Shown here one piece after another: positions 56,302-64,000 of a stretch of 64,000 bases of DNA. Position 1 is the first letter of the stretch. Each line of letters starts with the position of its first letter. Under the pieces are notes generated by a model that saw nothing but the letters and a program-made list of their open reading frames with translations, was not told the origin of the DNA and ran no database searches. The position numbers and the translations under genes were made by a program. Origin of the DNA: a bacterium. GTDB lineage: Bacteria > UBA8248 > JACPRG01 > G963555815. Location: NCBI GenBank assembly GCA_963555815.3, contig CAUVWX020000001.1, positions 988,633-1,052,632 of the forward strand, given 5' to 3'.

Positions 56302-56427
56302 GCCGAAATACCCCCTACTAAAGACTAGGGATTTGCCTTAGAGAAAATCCCCTTTTGGAAATTGGCTCACAAAGACCCAATTTTCATCTTCGTCCCCACA
56401 CGCTTTCGTGTCAACGCCCAAATCAAA

Positions 56428-56475
56428 GGTGCGGAGCGCACTTCAGGTGCGGAGCGCACTCCAGTTTTAAACTGG
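56428..56475. repeat. Tandem 18-bp repeat (each unit with palindrome GTGCG-GAG-CGCAC) plus adjacent 7-1-7 palindrome CCAGTTTTAAACTGG
   Basis: Units are 56428-45 and 56446-63, and the palindrome is 56461-75. The element lies between the arginase stop (56525) and the uvrA start (56301). Confidence 0.85.
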
Positions 56476-56524
56476 TTCGCCTCTGAAGGGAGGGGGATTT
56501 GGGAGAAGGGGTTTTGGAGAAGGA

Positions 56525-57439
56525 CTACAGGATCCGCTTCCCGAAGAAGGAGAGAGCGAGAGAGACGGCCAGGATGCCTGTCCGATTGGTGCTGTCCAGG
56601 ATGGGATTCACCTCGACCAGGTCCAGGGAGACCATGGCGCTGGCCTCCGCCATCACCTCGGCCGCAAGGTGCGCCTCCCGGTAGGTGAGGCCCCCCCGCA
56701 CAGGGGTGCCAACGCCGGGGGCCTCATCGGGGTCGCAGACATCCAGATCGAAGCTCACGTGAAAGCCCGAAGTCCCGACGCCCGTCACCTGGATGGCCTG
56801 CTCCATAACCCGCTGCATTCCCAGCTGGTCCACCTCCTTCATGGTGAAGATGGTCATCTGGGAGGATCGAAGCCGCTTGGCCTCGCCGGGGTCGAGGTTT
56901 CGGACTCCGATGAGCACGGTCCGTTCTGGGCGGACCTTGGGCGAAAAGCCCCGGCAGCGGACAAGCCCCTCTGGCCCTAGGCCCTGGGAGATGGCGAGCG
57001 GCATCCCGTGGATATTCCCCGAGGGCGAGGTCTCGGGGATGTTGTAGTCTGCGTGGGCGTCGAACCACAGAAGCCCAAGGGACTTTTTTGCGGCCGCAAC
57101 CCCGGCGAGACTCCCAATGGCAAGACTGTGGTCCCCCCCGAGCACGAGAGGAGTCTTTCCCGCCTTCAGGGTCGCCTCCACCTCAGCCCCCAGGGCCTCG
57201 CTCACCTCAAGGATCTCATCCTGGTATTTGAGGTCGCCCGCCTTGGCAGGAGCACGTCCTGCGGGCCGGCTCTCTGGCACGGGGACCTGGATGTTCCCCG
57301 CGTCTTCGACCTCAAGGCCCAGGGCCTCCAGGCGCCCCTTGAGGCCTGCGGCGCGAATGGCGCTCGGCCCCATGTCGACCCCACGCCGGTCGGCCCCGAG
57401 GTCAATCGGGACACCAATGATCTGGACCCGACGGGCCAT
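56525..57439 (-). CDS. rocF: Arginase (ureohydrolase family)
   Basis: 304 aa with Mn-binding motifs (GGDHSLAIGS, FDAHADYN, SFDLDVCDP). Confidence 0.88.
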   Translation of the reverse strand: MARRVQIIGVPIDLGADRRGVDMGPSAIRAAGLKGRLEALGLEVEDAGNIQVPVPESRPAGRAPAKAGDLKYQDEILEVSEALGAEVEATLKAGKTPLVLGGDHSLAIGSLAGVAAAKKSLGLLWFDAHADYNIPETSPSGNIHGMPLAISQGLGPEGLVRCRGFSPKVRPERTVLIGVRNLDPGEAKRLRSSQMTIFTMKEVDQLGMQRVMEQAIQVTGVGTSGFHVSFDLDVCDPDEAPGVGTPVRGGLTYREAHLAAEVMAEASAMVSLDLVEVNPILDSTNRTGILAVSLALSFFGKRIL

Positions 57440-57553
57440 CTAAAAGACCCTCCTTTAGGCCTCGACCACTTTTGAGGGGATACAGGTGGGCTTCAGTACC
57501 GGAACTGCAGCCCTTGATGTGCTTTTGGCGTAGATCGGCTGAAGGTCTCAGTC

Positions 57554-58459
57554 TCAGGGGCCAAGGGGTTTCGAGGTCGCGGTGGGTGCCTCCTCCTCGA
57601 TCCCCGGGAAGGTCCTCATGACCCGCTCCATCCCAAGGCGGCTCAGGGTGTCATTGGATTGCCAGATCCCACCCCCCCGAAAGAACCGTCCGATCTTGAG
57701 GAGATTCTCCGAAAGGGGTTCCTGGGTCTCGTCGAAGGAGACATTCCAGATCACCTTGCCGTCCCGGGCGCTCAGGAGGTAGACATCAAAAGCCACTGAC
57801 GGGGGTGAGTCCGCCGCAATTGGGCTGCCGTCACGATTTTCGTAGCGCGTGATCACTCCGGTCACCACCGCATCGATTCCCCCTTCAGCCTCCCCGGCGG
57901 TCACCTCGGGGAAACGATACTCACCCGCGACCGCCTCCTCCGGCTCGGCCCCGGGGTCTATCTCTGGATGCTCCCCCGGGAACACCAAGTCTCGGGTTGT
58001 GGTGTAGGGCTGGACTTGCTTCAGAAATCTAGACACCGCCCGCTCCAGGACCTCGAGGTTGGACTCCTGGTTCACCGTGTCTGCCCGGCGGCTGGGGTCG
58101 ATCCGGAATTCCAGTTCGACCTCCTCGGACTCCTCGAGACGGACCGGTGGAGTCACATTGTGCCGATTGTGACTGAGCAGCTCGGCATAGAAAAATTGGG
58201 CCAGCTTGTTCCCAGCGTCTGGGGAATCTGTGTTGTTCCGAAAGGGGATAACAGCGATGTTTCGAAGAGGATAACTTCGGATGTCAGGGCTAACCTCGCT
58301 GACGACATTGGTGGGAGGGGTGAAGTCTGTGACGTATTTGGAGGTACAGCCGGCCCCGAGGACGCTCGCACCGAGGAGGATCAAGAACGCCTGAGGGGCC
58401 GGGAGGGAAAAGCTCCTTCTTCGCTGCGCGAGGGACCCTATCGTGGATAATCTTTTCAT
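57554..58459 (-). CDS. Putative lipoprotein, unknown function
   Basis: 301 aa with lipobox LGAGCTS. No confident family assignment. Confidence 0.55.
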   Translation of the reverse strand: MKRLSTIGSLAQRRRSFSLPAPQAFLILLGASVLGAGCTSKYVTDFTPPTNVVSEVSPDIRSYPLRNIAVIPFRNNTDSPDAGNKLAQFFYAELLSHNRHNVTPPVRLEESEEVELEFRIDPSRRADTVNQESNLEVLERAVSRFLKQVQPYTTTRDLVFPGEHPEIDPGAEPEEAVAGEYRFPEVTAGEAEGGIDAVVTGVITRYENRDGSPIAADSPPSVAFDVYLLSARDGKVIWNVSFDETQEPLSENLLKIGRFFRGGGIWQSNDTLSRLGMERVMRTFPGIEEEAPTATSKPLGP

Positions 58460-58756
58460 GGACGCCTCCTCACCTTCACATGGACAATTTACCCCACAGA
58501 GGGCTAGAATTCAATGGACAATTCCGCCATTTCTGCTGGGTCCCTTCCTGTCTCTTAGACCCGTTTCCTGACGAAAGGGTTCAGCTCCCTATGCGTTTTT
58601 CCTTCGCTCGCCCTGGCGGACCAGGGCTTTTATGGACGAGATCGAGATATCGAGAGAAGGCTATCTTTAAGCTGGAATTGCCCGCCTGTATCCATAGAAT
58701 AACAGGAAGGCAGCGGTATAGGACCCATCTATTTTAAAGGGAAAAGGAGGAAAGCA

Positions 58757-58954
58757 ATGAAGGGTCTTATCTGTTTGGGGGTATTGATTGGGGGGATTAG
58801 TGTGCTTCTTGGGGTAATCGGGAAGTTCACCGGAGGTGTCCTCTGGACGGTCACTCCAGCGGCCTACCTCAGTTTTGGGGCGATGGCCTTTCTCGGCGCA
58901 ATCAGCGTGGGCGTTCTTGCCTTCGTGAAAGGGGAATGCAAAAAGGACTCGTAG
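58757..58954 (+). CDS. Small two-helix membrane protein (paralog A)
   Basis: 65 aa with GGAAAAGGAGGAA upstream of the ATG. About 45% identical to paralog B. Confidence 0.6.
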   Translation: MKGLICLGVLIGGISVLLGVIGKFTGGVLWTVTPAAYLSFGAMAFLGAISVGVLAFVKGECKKDS

Positions 58955-59032
58955 CCCGGAGAAGTAGAAGGGGCGGGAGTCTCCTCTGACAGATCCCTTG
59001 TAAGACGGATTTTTACTCCAAGGGAAGACCCT

Positions 59033-59146
59033 GTGGTCGCTCCACGCCTGGAGCGGATGGCGGGGATCCTTGTCCGCTGTTCTGTCGGTATGAAGTGGGG
59101 CGACATCGTGAAGATCCAACGGGGGTGAAGGCCGCTCCCCTCATCC
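59033..59146 (+). pseudogene. Degenerate duplicated 5' fragment of the M29 aminopeptidase gene
   Basis: It reads VVAPRLERMAGILVRCSVGMKWGDIVKIQRG-stop, compared with MADPRLARMAETLVHYSAAVKRGDIVKIQGGVEAAPL at 59501. There is a 1-nt loss in the G-run. Confidence 0.7.
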
Positions 59147-59210
59147 ATAATATAACAGAAGGGCAGTGGGGTCTAGCGCCTCTCTTTTTAACGGGGAAAG
59201 GAGGAACCCT

Positions 59211-59423
59211 ATGAGGGTCCTTTTGGCGTTGGGAGTAGTGGGAATGCTGATTGGGGTATTTAGTATCATCCTTGGGGGAGTCGCGAAGTTCAGCGATGGC
59301 GTCCTTTGGACAAACACCGCGTCGGCCTACCTAAGATTTGGGGAGGCAGCCTTTCTGTGGGCGATCAGCGCGGGCATTTTGGCTCTCTTAAATTCCGTCA
59401 TAAAATCCAAGGGGGGTTTATAG
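59211..59423 (+). CDS. Small two-helix membrane protein (paralog B)
   Basis: The track ORF 59166-59423 was trimmed to the ATG at 59211, which follows GGAAAGGAGGAA. The sequence begins MRVLLALGVVGMLIGVFSIILGGVAKFSDGVLWT. Confidence 0.6.
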   Translation: MRVLLALGVVGMLIGVFSIILGGVAKFSDGVLWTNTASAYLRFGEAAFLWAISAGILALLNSVIKSKGGL

Positions 59424-59500
59424 TCCGAATGGGTAGAAGCGGCGGCAATCGCTTCTGACGAACGTCTTGCAGGAAGAATTTCACTCCAAGGGAAGGCCCT

Positions 59501-60625
59501 ATGGCTGATCCACGACTGGCGCGGATGGCAGAGACCCTTGTCCATTATTCTGCCGCTGTGAAGCGGGGCGACATCGTGAAGATCCAGGGGGGGGTGGAGG
59601 CTGCTCCCCTTATCCGAGAGGTCTACCGGGTGTGCCTGGAGCGCGGAGCCCATCCCTACACTCAGGTGGGGATCCCGGGCCTGGATGAGATCTTTTTCGA
59701 AAAGGCCGGTCGAGCCCAGCTCGGCTTTCTTCAACCGGTCTCCCTCTTTGAGATAAAGAAAGTGGACGTTGTCATCAGCATCCTGGCTGAGGTCAATACG
59801 AAGCGACTGACGGGAGTGGACCCCGCCCGGCAAGCCCTGGCCCAGCGCGCCCGAAAACCAATTATGGATGTCTTCATGCGCCGCTCGGCCGCCCACGCGG
59901 CGAGTAAAAAAGAGGGAGGGCTTCGGTGGACCCTCACCCTTTATCCCACCCAGGCCTATGCCCAGGACGCCGAGATGAGCCTGGAGAGCTACACGAATTT
60001 CGTCTTTGAGGCCTGCTTTATAGAGAAGCGAGACCCCATCGCCGAGTGGAAGAAGCTCTCGGCCTTCCAGCGCCAGTTGGTCCGCTTCCTGAAGGGGAGG
60101 AAGAAGGTCCATCTCATGGCACCCGGGACAGATCTTGAGATTGGCATCTCAGGGCGGCCCTTCATCAATTGCGACGGGAGGCACAACTTTCCCGATGGAG
60201 AGGTCTTTACGGGTCCCGAGGAGACCTCTGTCCGAGGGCACATCACTTTCAGCTACCCCGCCTGCTATGGGGGAAGGGAAGTGGAGGGGGTGCGCCTCAA
60301 GTTTGAGAAGGGTAACGTCGTCCACATGGCCGCCGAGAAAAACGAAGCCTATCTCCGCAAGATGCTGACGATGGACCCAGGGGCAAGGCGCGCCGGAGAG
60401 TTCTCCTTCGCCATGAACGGAGGGATACAGAGGTTCACCAGGAACATCCTCTTTGACGAGAAGATCGGGGGAACTGTCCATCTGGCCCTAGGCAAGGGGT
60501 ATCCTGAGAGTGGGTCTCGAAATGACTCGGCCCTTCACTGGGACATGATCTGCGACCTCCGCCGAGGAGGCGAGGTCTATGTGGACGGGAAGCTGTTCGA
60601 GAAGGACGGTAAGATCCTGCTTTGA
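59501..60625 (+). CDS. M29-family aminopeptidase (AmpS/PepS-like)
   Basis: 374 aa with the family pattern (LA..LV.YS..V..GD.V.I, ..NFPDGEVFT.P, ..GGTVHLALG). Confidence 0.8.
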   Translation: MADPRLARMAETLVHYSAAVKRGDIVKIQGGVEAAPLIREVYRVCLERGAHPYTQVGIPGLDEIFFEKAGRAQLGFLQPVSLFEIKKVDVVISILAEVNTKRLTGVDPARQALAQRARKPIMDVFMRRSAAHAASKKEGGLRWTLTLYPTQAYAQDAEMSLESYTNFVFEACFIEKRDPIAEWKKLSAFQRQLVRFLKGRKKVHLMAPGTDLEIGISGRPFINCDGRHNFPDGEVFTGPEETSVRGHITFSYPACYGGREVEGVRLKFEKGNVVHMAAEKNEAYLRKMLTMDPGARRAGEFSFAMNGGIQRFTRNILFDEKIGGTVHLALGKGYPESGSRNDSALHWDMICDLRRGGEVYVDGKLFEKDGKILL

Positions 60626-60695
60626 GAACTATGTGATGGCACGCCCCACCTTGGGTGCGGTGAAAGGCCGATCTTCATGAGAGGAGGTCGATGAA

Positions 60696-60986
60696 ATGCC
60701 GACGGTGAGTTGGATTATTTTGTGGCTCGTTGCTGTTGGGCTTTTTCTTTGGCAGCTCTTCAGGGTAAAAAGCGTGGGTGCCCATTCTGGGGTCCTCCTG
60801 GATCGAATCTATCGTCAGGGGAGTCAGCTGGACGAACGGCTGATAAAGTTGGAAATGCAGGTGCGGGCTCTTAAGCCGAACCCCCCCCCCTCTTTCCCCC
60901 CGATGGATCCAGGGGCCCAGCCGACTGAAGGGGGCGGTTATATTCCCATCGATGTCGGCGGCGGCCCAGGTCAGATCGGTGGCTGA
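60696..60986 (+). CDS. Hypothetical membrane-anchored protein (TM + coiled coil + Pro/Gly-rich tail)
   Basis: 96-aa ORF that contains a C10 homopolymer (60882-60891) encoding NPPPS. Confidence 0.45.
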   Translation: MPTVSWIILWLVAVGLFLWQLFRVKSVGAHSGVLLDRIYRQGSQLDERLIKLEMQVRALKPNPPPSFPPMDPGAQPTEGGGYIPIDVGGGPGQIGG

Positions 60987-61051
60987 AAAGATTGAGTCGG
61001 TGAGGGAGGAGAAGAATCCTTCTCTCGCCTAAAGTGCATCACTTGCTCCAA

Positions 61052-61084
61052 GGGGTTCTCTTTCGCTTGAGAAAAGAGGACCCC
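61052..61084. terminator. 12-bp hairpin between convergent genes (possible bidirectional terminator)
   Basis: GGGGTTCTCTTT (61052-63) pairs with AAAGAGGACCCC (61073-84) with one G:U pair and a 9-nt loop. It is followed by TCCTTT. Confidence 0.45.
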
Positions 61085-61116
61085 TCCTTTCATGTATCCC
61101 CTTGAGCTTTCCTGCC

Positions 61117-62415
61117 CTAGGCCCGGGGTTCTGGCGTGATCACGAATTTAAGCCGCCGATGAGCCTCGCGAAGGGCCCTTTCGACCCGCTCAGGATTCTC
61201 GTCGCGGGCAAAGAGGAAGCCGAGGTACTTCCCCCCCTCCGGAAGCGGCACCACGTGTTCCCCAGGCCTCAGGCCGATGGTGATCTCCTCGATCCCAGCA
61301 ACACTCTCGGCCTTCCTTAGGTCCCGGACTTCTTTCAGAACCCCAGCGCGGGGGATGGGGATCATCATCACCCCCGCGGCTTGCCCCTCGCGCTCGAGGG
61401 AATCTATCTTCATTCCCATCGCGTGTCGCAGGATCAACTCCTCCAGTGAGAGGCCGGTCCCGAAACGAAGTGTCCGCGAACATAGACCGCCGATAGACCG
61501 TGCCGCGACCTCGATGACCCAGGGCCCCTGTTCGTTCACCCGAAGTTCAGCGTGAACGGGCCCCTCCTGCAGTCCGAGGGCCTTCACCGCCTGGGCCACG
61601 GAGGCCGCAATCTCTTCCTGTAGGGCGTCTGGAAATCGCGACGGTGTGATGTAGAGGGTCTCTTCGAAGAAGGGTCCATCCAGGGGGTCTGGCTTATCGA
61701 AGAGTGCTAGGACTCTGAGATTGCCCTTTGAGAGGAGTCCTTCCAGGGCCACCTCCGCGCCGGGCATGAAAGTCTCAACCAGGATCTGACGCGCTGCGGC
61801 CCCTCCCCGCCTTTCGACTTCCGGCGTGCGAAGTATCTCGGCGATCCGACAAAAAGCCTCAACGAACTGGATGCTGTCGTTGGCCCGGATCACACCGCGG
61901 CTGGCTGCCAGAAAAAGCGGTTTCAGGACACAGGGATAGCCCGTGCGGGGCGTCACATTGTCGGGGGCATCATCGGTAGAGAGGACTTCGAACTGGGGGG
62001 AGGGCAAGCCGGCCTCTGCCAGCGTCTTGCGAAAAAGGTGTTTATTTCGCGCCGTGGCGACCGACTGCACCGAGTTGTGGGGCAGTGAGAGCGCTGCCGA
62101 AGCCATCGCCGCCAGAATGGTGGTGTCGTCGTCGGACGGCACCACGGCACTGATCGGGCGCTCCTTCGCAAATTCGACGATGGTCTGCGTCGACTCCTCA
62201 GAGTTCAGGAAATTCAGGGTGAGTGTTCGACCTGGCGAGAGCTCTGACAGGGCCTGGGGAAGCTCAGATCCCACTACGACTTGCACGTCCAGCCGCCGCG
62301 CTGCCTCCATGAACGCATTTGTGCGGTAGGTCCTGGTGGCCATGAGAAGAAGGAGACATCCCTCCTTCTCCAATCGCGTTTTCTCTGGAGGCATTGAAGG
62401 GGCTGTCTGTCTCAT
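61117..62415 (-). CDS. ATP-grasp domain protein (carboxylate-amine ligase-like)
   Basis: 432 aa with ATP-grasp features (GYPCVLKPL, EGPVHAELRV). The substrate is unknown. Confidence 0.7.
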   Translation of the reverse strand: MRQTAPSMPPEKTRLEKEGCLLLLMATRTYRTNAFMEAARRLDVQVVVGSELPQALSELSPGRTLTLNFLNSEESTQTIVEFAKERPISAVVPSDDDTTILAAMASAALSLPHNSVQSVATARNKHLFRKTLAEAGLPSPQFEVLSTDDAPDNVTPRTGYPCVLKPLFLAASRGVIRANDSIQFVEAFCRIAEILRTPEVERRGGAAARQILVETFMPGAEVALEGLLSKGNLRVLALFDKPDPLDGPFFEETLYITPSRFPDALQEEIAASVAQAVKALGLQEGPVHAELRVNEQGPWVIEVAARSIGGLCSRTLRFGTGLSLEELILRHAMGMKIDSLEREGQAAGVMMIPIPRAGVLKEVRDLRKAESVAGIEEITIGLRPGEHVVPLPEGGKYLGFLFARDENPERVERALREAHRRLKFVITPEPRA

Positions 62416-62668
62416 CGTGGGTAAGATGGTCCCGAAGGAGAGGACTTCCCCTTGTGAGAGGTCAACCAGCTAAGGGATGAGCTCGGGACGGTGGACCCCG
62501 GTCGGGTGACTGATGTCTCTGCCAATGTGCGGAAGGGTCCAGGACAAGGTCCTTGCCATAGGTGGAGGTAGATTCCAGCTAAGCAAGCTCTTCCCGGGAC
62601 AAGGGATCCCCTCTCCGGATAGATCCCAGTGAGGGGGGGGCCTGTATCGTAAGTGGGGGACCAGCCGT

Positions 62669-63232
62669 CTATCCCTTGCCGGGCTGGTAGTAGGGGTTGG
62701 TGCCTCCCCGGTGGTCCGTCACATCGACCAGCTCCTGGAGCTCGGGGGTCACTTCCTTCATTCTCGTCTCGATCCCCTGCCTCAGGGTGACGTCCACCAT
62801 GCCGCATCCCTGGCAGCCGCCGCCGAGTTGCACGTAGGCCACACTGTCCTTGACATCGATGAGTTGCACGTGACCTCCGTGCGCTGCCACGGCGGGATTG
62901 ATCTCCTCCTCCAGCAGTACCTGAAGTTTCGTCGCTATGGACGTGTCTCCGTTCGGGTTACCGGCGGCCACGGCCTTCGACGTGTCTCCGCCCGGGTTAC
63001 CGGCGGCCACGGCCTTCGACGTGTCTCCGCCCGGGTTACTGGCGGCCACAGTCTTCACAGAGCTTATCTCCCGTCCAATTTCCTCAATCCGTTCCTCAGT
63101 CCTTGAGGCCATGCTGGAGAGGCGATTTTCGACGGTGTCGAGAGAACGCTGGACGCGGCGAAGGCGCGAGTTTGACCGATAAAACAGAGCTGCCACGACA
63201 AGAACCGCGACAATCCAGGCGGCGGTCACCAT
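62669..63232 (-). CDS. Membrane-anchored NifU-C/Nfu-like Fe-S carrier with 13-aa tandem repeats
   Basis: It has an N-terminal TM helix, a coiled coil, 3x GNPGGDTSKAVAA, and then an Nfu domain (INPAVAAHGGHVQLIDV..VYVQLGGGCQGCGM). Confidence 0.78.
   Translation of the reverse strand: MVTAAWIVAVLVVAALFYRSNSRLRRVQRSLDTVENRLSSMASRTEERIEEIGREISSVKTVAASNPGGDTSKAVAAGNPGGDTSKAVAAGNPNGDTSIATKLQVLLEEEINPAVAAHGGHVQLIDVKDSVAYVQLGGGCQGCGMVDVTLRQGIETRMKEVTPELQELVDVTDHRGGTNPYYQPGKG
62940..63056. repeat. 39-bp tandem repeat x3 inside the Nfu-like gene
   Basis: Units are 62940-78, 62979-63017 and 63018-56. Units 1 and 2 differ at 2 nt. Confidence 0.95.
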
Positions 63233-63360
63233 GGGTCTTCTCCTCCCTGTTTCAATAAATGCTTCGGGATTATCTTTCCCTTCCTCGAAATGGGCAACCT
63301 GCTCAACAAGACGCGTCCTACTCTCGCATCTGAAAGGCTAATCTCCCAAACCACATCTAA

Positions 63361-63389
63361 ATTATAGCAAGAAAAAAGCGTTATGTAAA
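63361..63389 (-). promoter_or_regulatory. Promoter TTTACA-17-TATAAT for the Nfu-like gene
   Basis: On the minus strand, TTTACA is at 63389-63384 and TATAAT at 63366-63361. Confidence 0.55.
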
Positions 63390-63412
63390 TGGAGCCCGCT
63401 GCGAGACCCCCC

Positions 63413-63739
63413 TCATAGACGGTTCACATGGGTCGAGAGGTTCTCTAGGGCCTCTTCCCGGATGTGAGGGAATTTCGGCATCCCACCGCCCCCGCCCCTG
63501 ACCCGGCCCTCCACCTGCCTTTGGGGTATTCGCCTCCCCGCCAGGCGAGAGCCGAGGGGGCTTCCCTCACCCCTCTCCCCATGGCACTTGGAGCAGGCCT
63601 CGATGAAGATGGTCTGACCATCATTGGAGTGGGGCTGATAGGCATCAATCGGGGTCTGAGGCCCAAAGCGGGTCAAGAGGACGGGGATGGCGACCGCGAC
63701 GACCGCGATAACCAGGACGAAAAGAAGGGACCGCTTCAT
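63413..63739 (-). CDS. Membrane-anchored class-I c-type cytochrome
   Basis: 108 aa with an N-terminal hydrophobic anchor, heme motif CSKCHG and a distal GGGGMPKF (Met ligand). Confidence 0.85.
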   Translation of the reverse strand: MKRSLLFVLVIAVVAVAIPVLLTRFGPQTPIDAYQPHSNDGQTIFIEACSKCHGERGEGSPLGSRLAGRRIPQRQVEGRVRGGGGGMPKFPHIREEALENLSTHVNRL

Positions 63740-63796
63740 GGAGCCATCGTCTCTCCACCATCAAAAAAGACCAGGGTTTCACCGAGGAACCTGCCC

Positions 63797-64000
63797 CTAA
63801 GGAAGGGCGAGACCCAGGAGATAGCAAAGGGCCGTTGTCGCAAAGCCGGCGCTCAAAGTCTCCAGCATCCCAATCGTCTTGCCTTTCCCCGAGACAAGAG
63901 AGCGGAAGAGGCCCACCACCAAGAGGCCGATTCCGCCGAGGAGAAGGGAGAGCTGAAATGACGGAGTAGACGGGGGAAGCCAGAAGGGAAACCCCACCAG
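63797..64000 (-). CDS. C-terminal part of a membrane protein (5' end beyond window)
   Basis: The frame is open to the window edge and the sequence is hydrophobic. TAG at 63797-63799. Confidence 0.4.
   Translation of the reverse strand: MVGFPFWLPPSTPSFQLSLLLGGIGLLVVGLFRSLVSGKGKTIGMLETLSAGFATTALCYLLGLALP

Larger units (their letters stand above)
58694..59615 (+). repeat. Diverged tandem segmental duplication (about 455-470 bp x2), each unit a small membrane-protein gene plus the 5' end of the aminopeptidase gene
   Basis: Unit 1 (58694-59146) is colinear with unit 2 (59147-59615). They share the leader (ATA.TAACAG.AGGGCAG), SD, ORF and downstream segment, and the junction motif CC.(C/T)ATCC recurs at 58693, 59146 and 59615. 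Confidence 0.75.

Noticed and set aside
61117-62415. ATP-grasp enzyme as part of a RiPP (graspetide/microviridin-like) cluster
   Set aside because: There is no plausible precursor peptide in the same orientation. The nearby 96-aa ORF is convergent and membrane-anchored, and no transporter or protease partner is present.

Overview
GC-rich (about 60%) bacterial chromosomal segment, mostly housekeeping genes. It contains the trans-translation cluster rnr-smpB-ssrA, assimilatory sulfate reduction genes (cysH-sir plus a TauE/SafE permease), thiC behind a TPP riboswitch and moaA behind a Moco riboswitch. It also holds a complete iscRSUA-hscBA-fdx-iscX operon, tig-clpP-clpX, a 5-tRNA cluster plus tRNA-Val, thrS-infC-rpmI-rplT-pheST, uvrA and an arginase. 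I saw no CRISPR array, transposase, integrase or prophage signal. The most interesting layer is hidden in apparently split ORFs. Three genes carry an in-frame TGA exactly at a redox or metal-binding Cys position, each with a hairpin just downstream, so they are candidate selenoproteins. These are a two-domain DUF3179-like UxxC protein (3258-5129), an adjacent same-strand AhpD/CMD-like CxxU protein (5374-6021), and an HMA/CopZ-like GMxCxxU protein (39285-39596) next to DoxX that is absent from the ORF track. A fourth in-frame TGA (25476-25478) is ambiguous. Second, a promoter plus leader module of about 230 nt is duplicated upstream of cysH and the TauE-like gene. It has a 111-nt block at 90% identity flanked by about 40% identity, which makes it a candidate unclassified cis-regulatory RNA. 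Third, several genes are broken at simple repeats. Two tandem FHA-protease paralogs and a CdnL/CarD-like gene change frame at G, A or AG runs, and a G13 tract sits upstream of one of them. This is either contingency-locus behaviour or homopolymer assembly error. Other items are tandem paralog pairs (exported WD40 proteins, lipoproteins, small membrane proteins), an amidohydrolase with an in-frame TAA, and coding tandem repeats. Gene starts are approximate, and family assignments rest on motif recognition without database searches.
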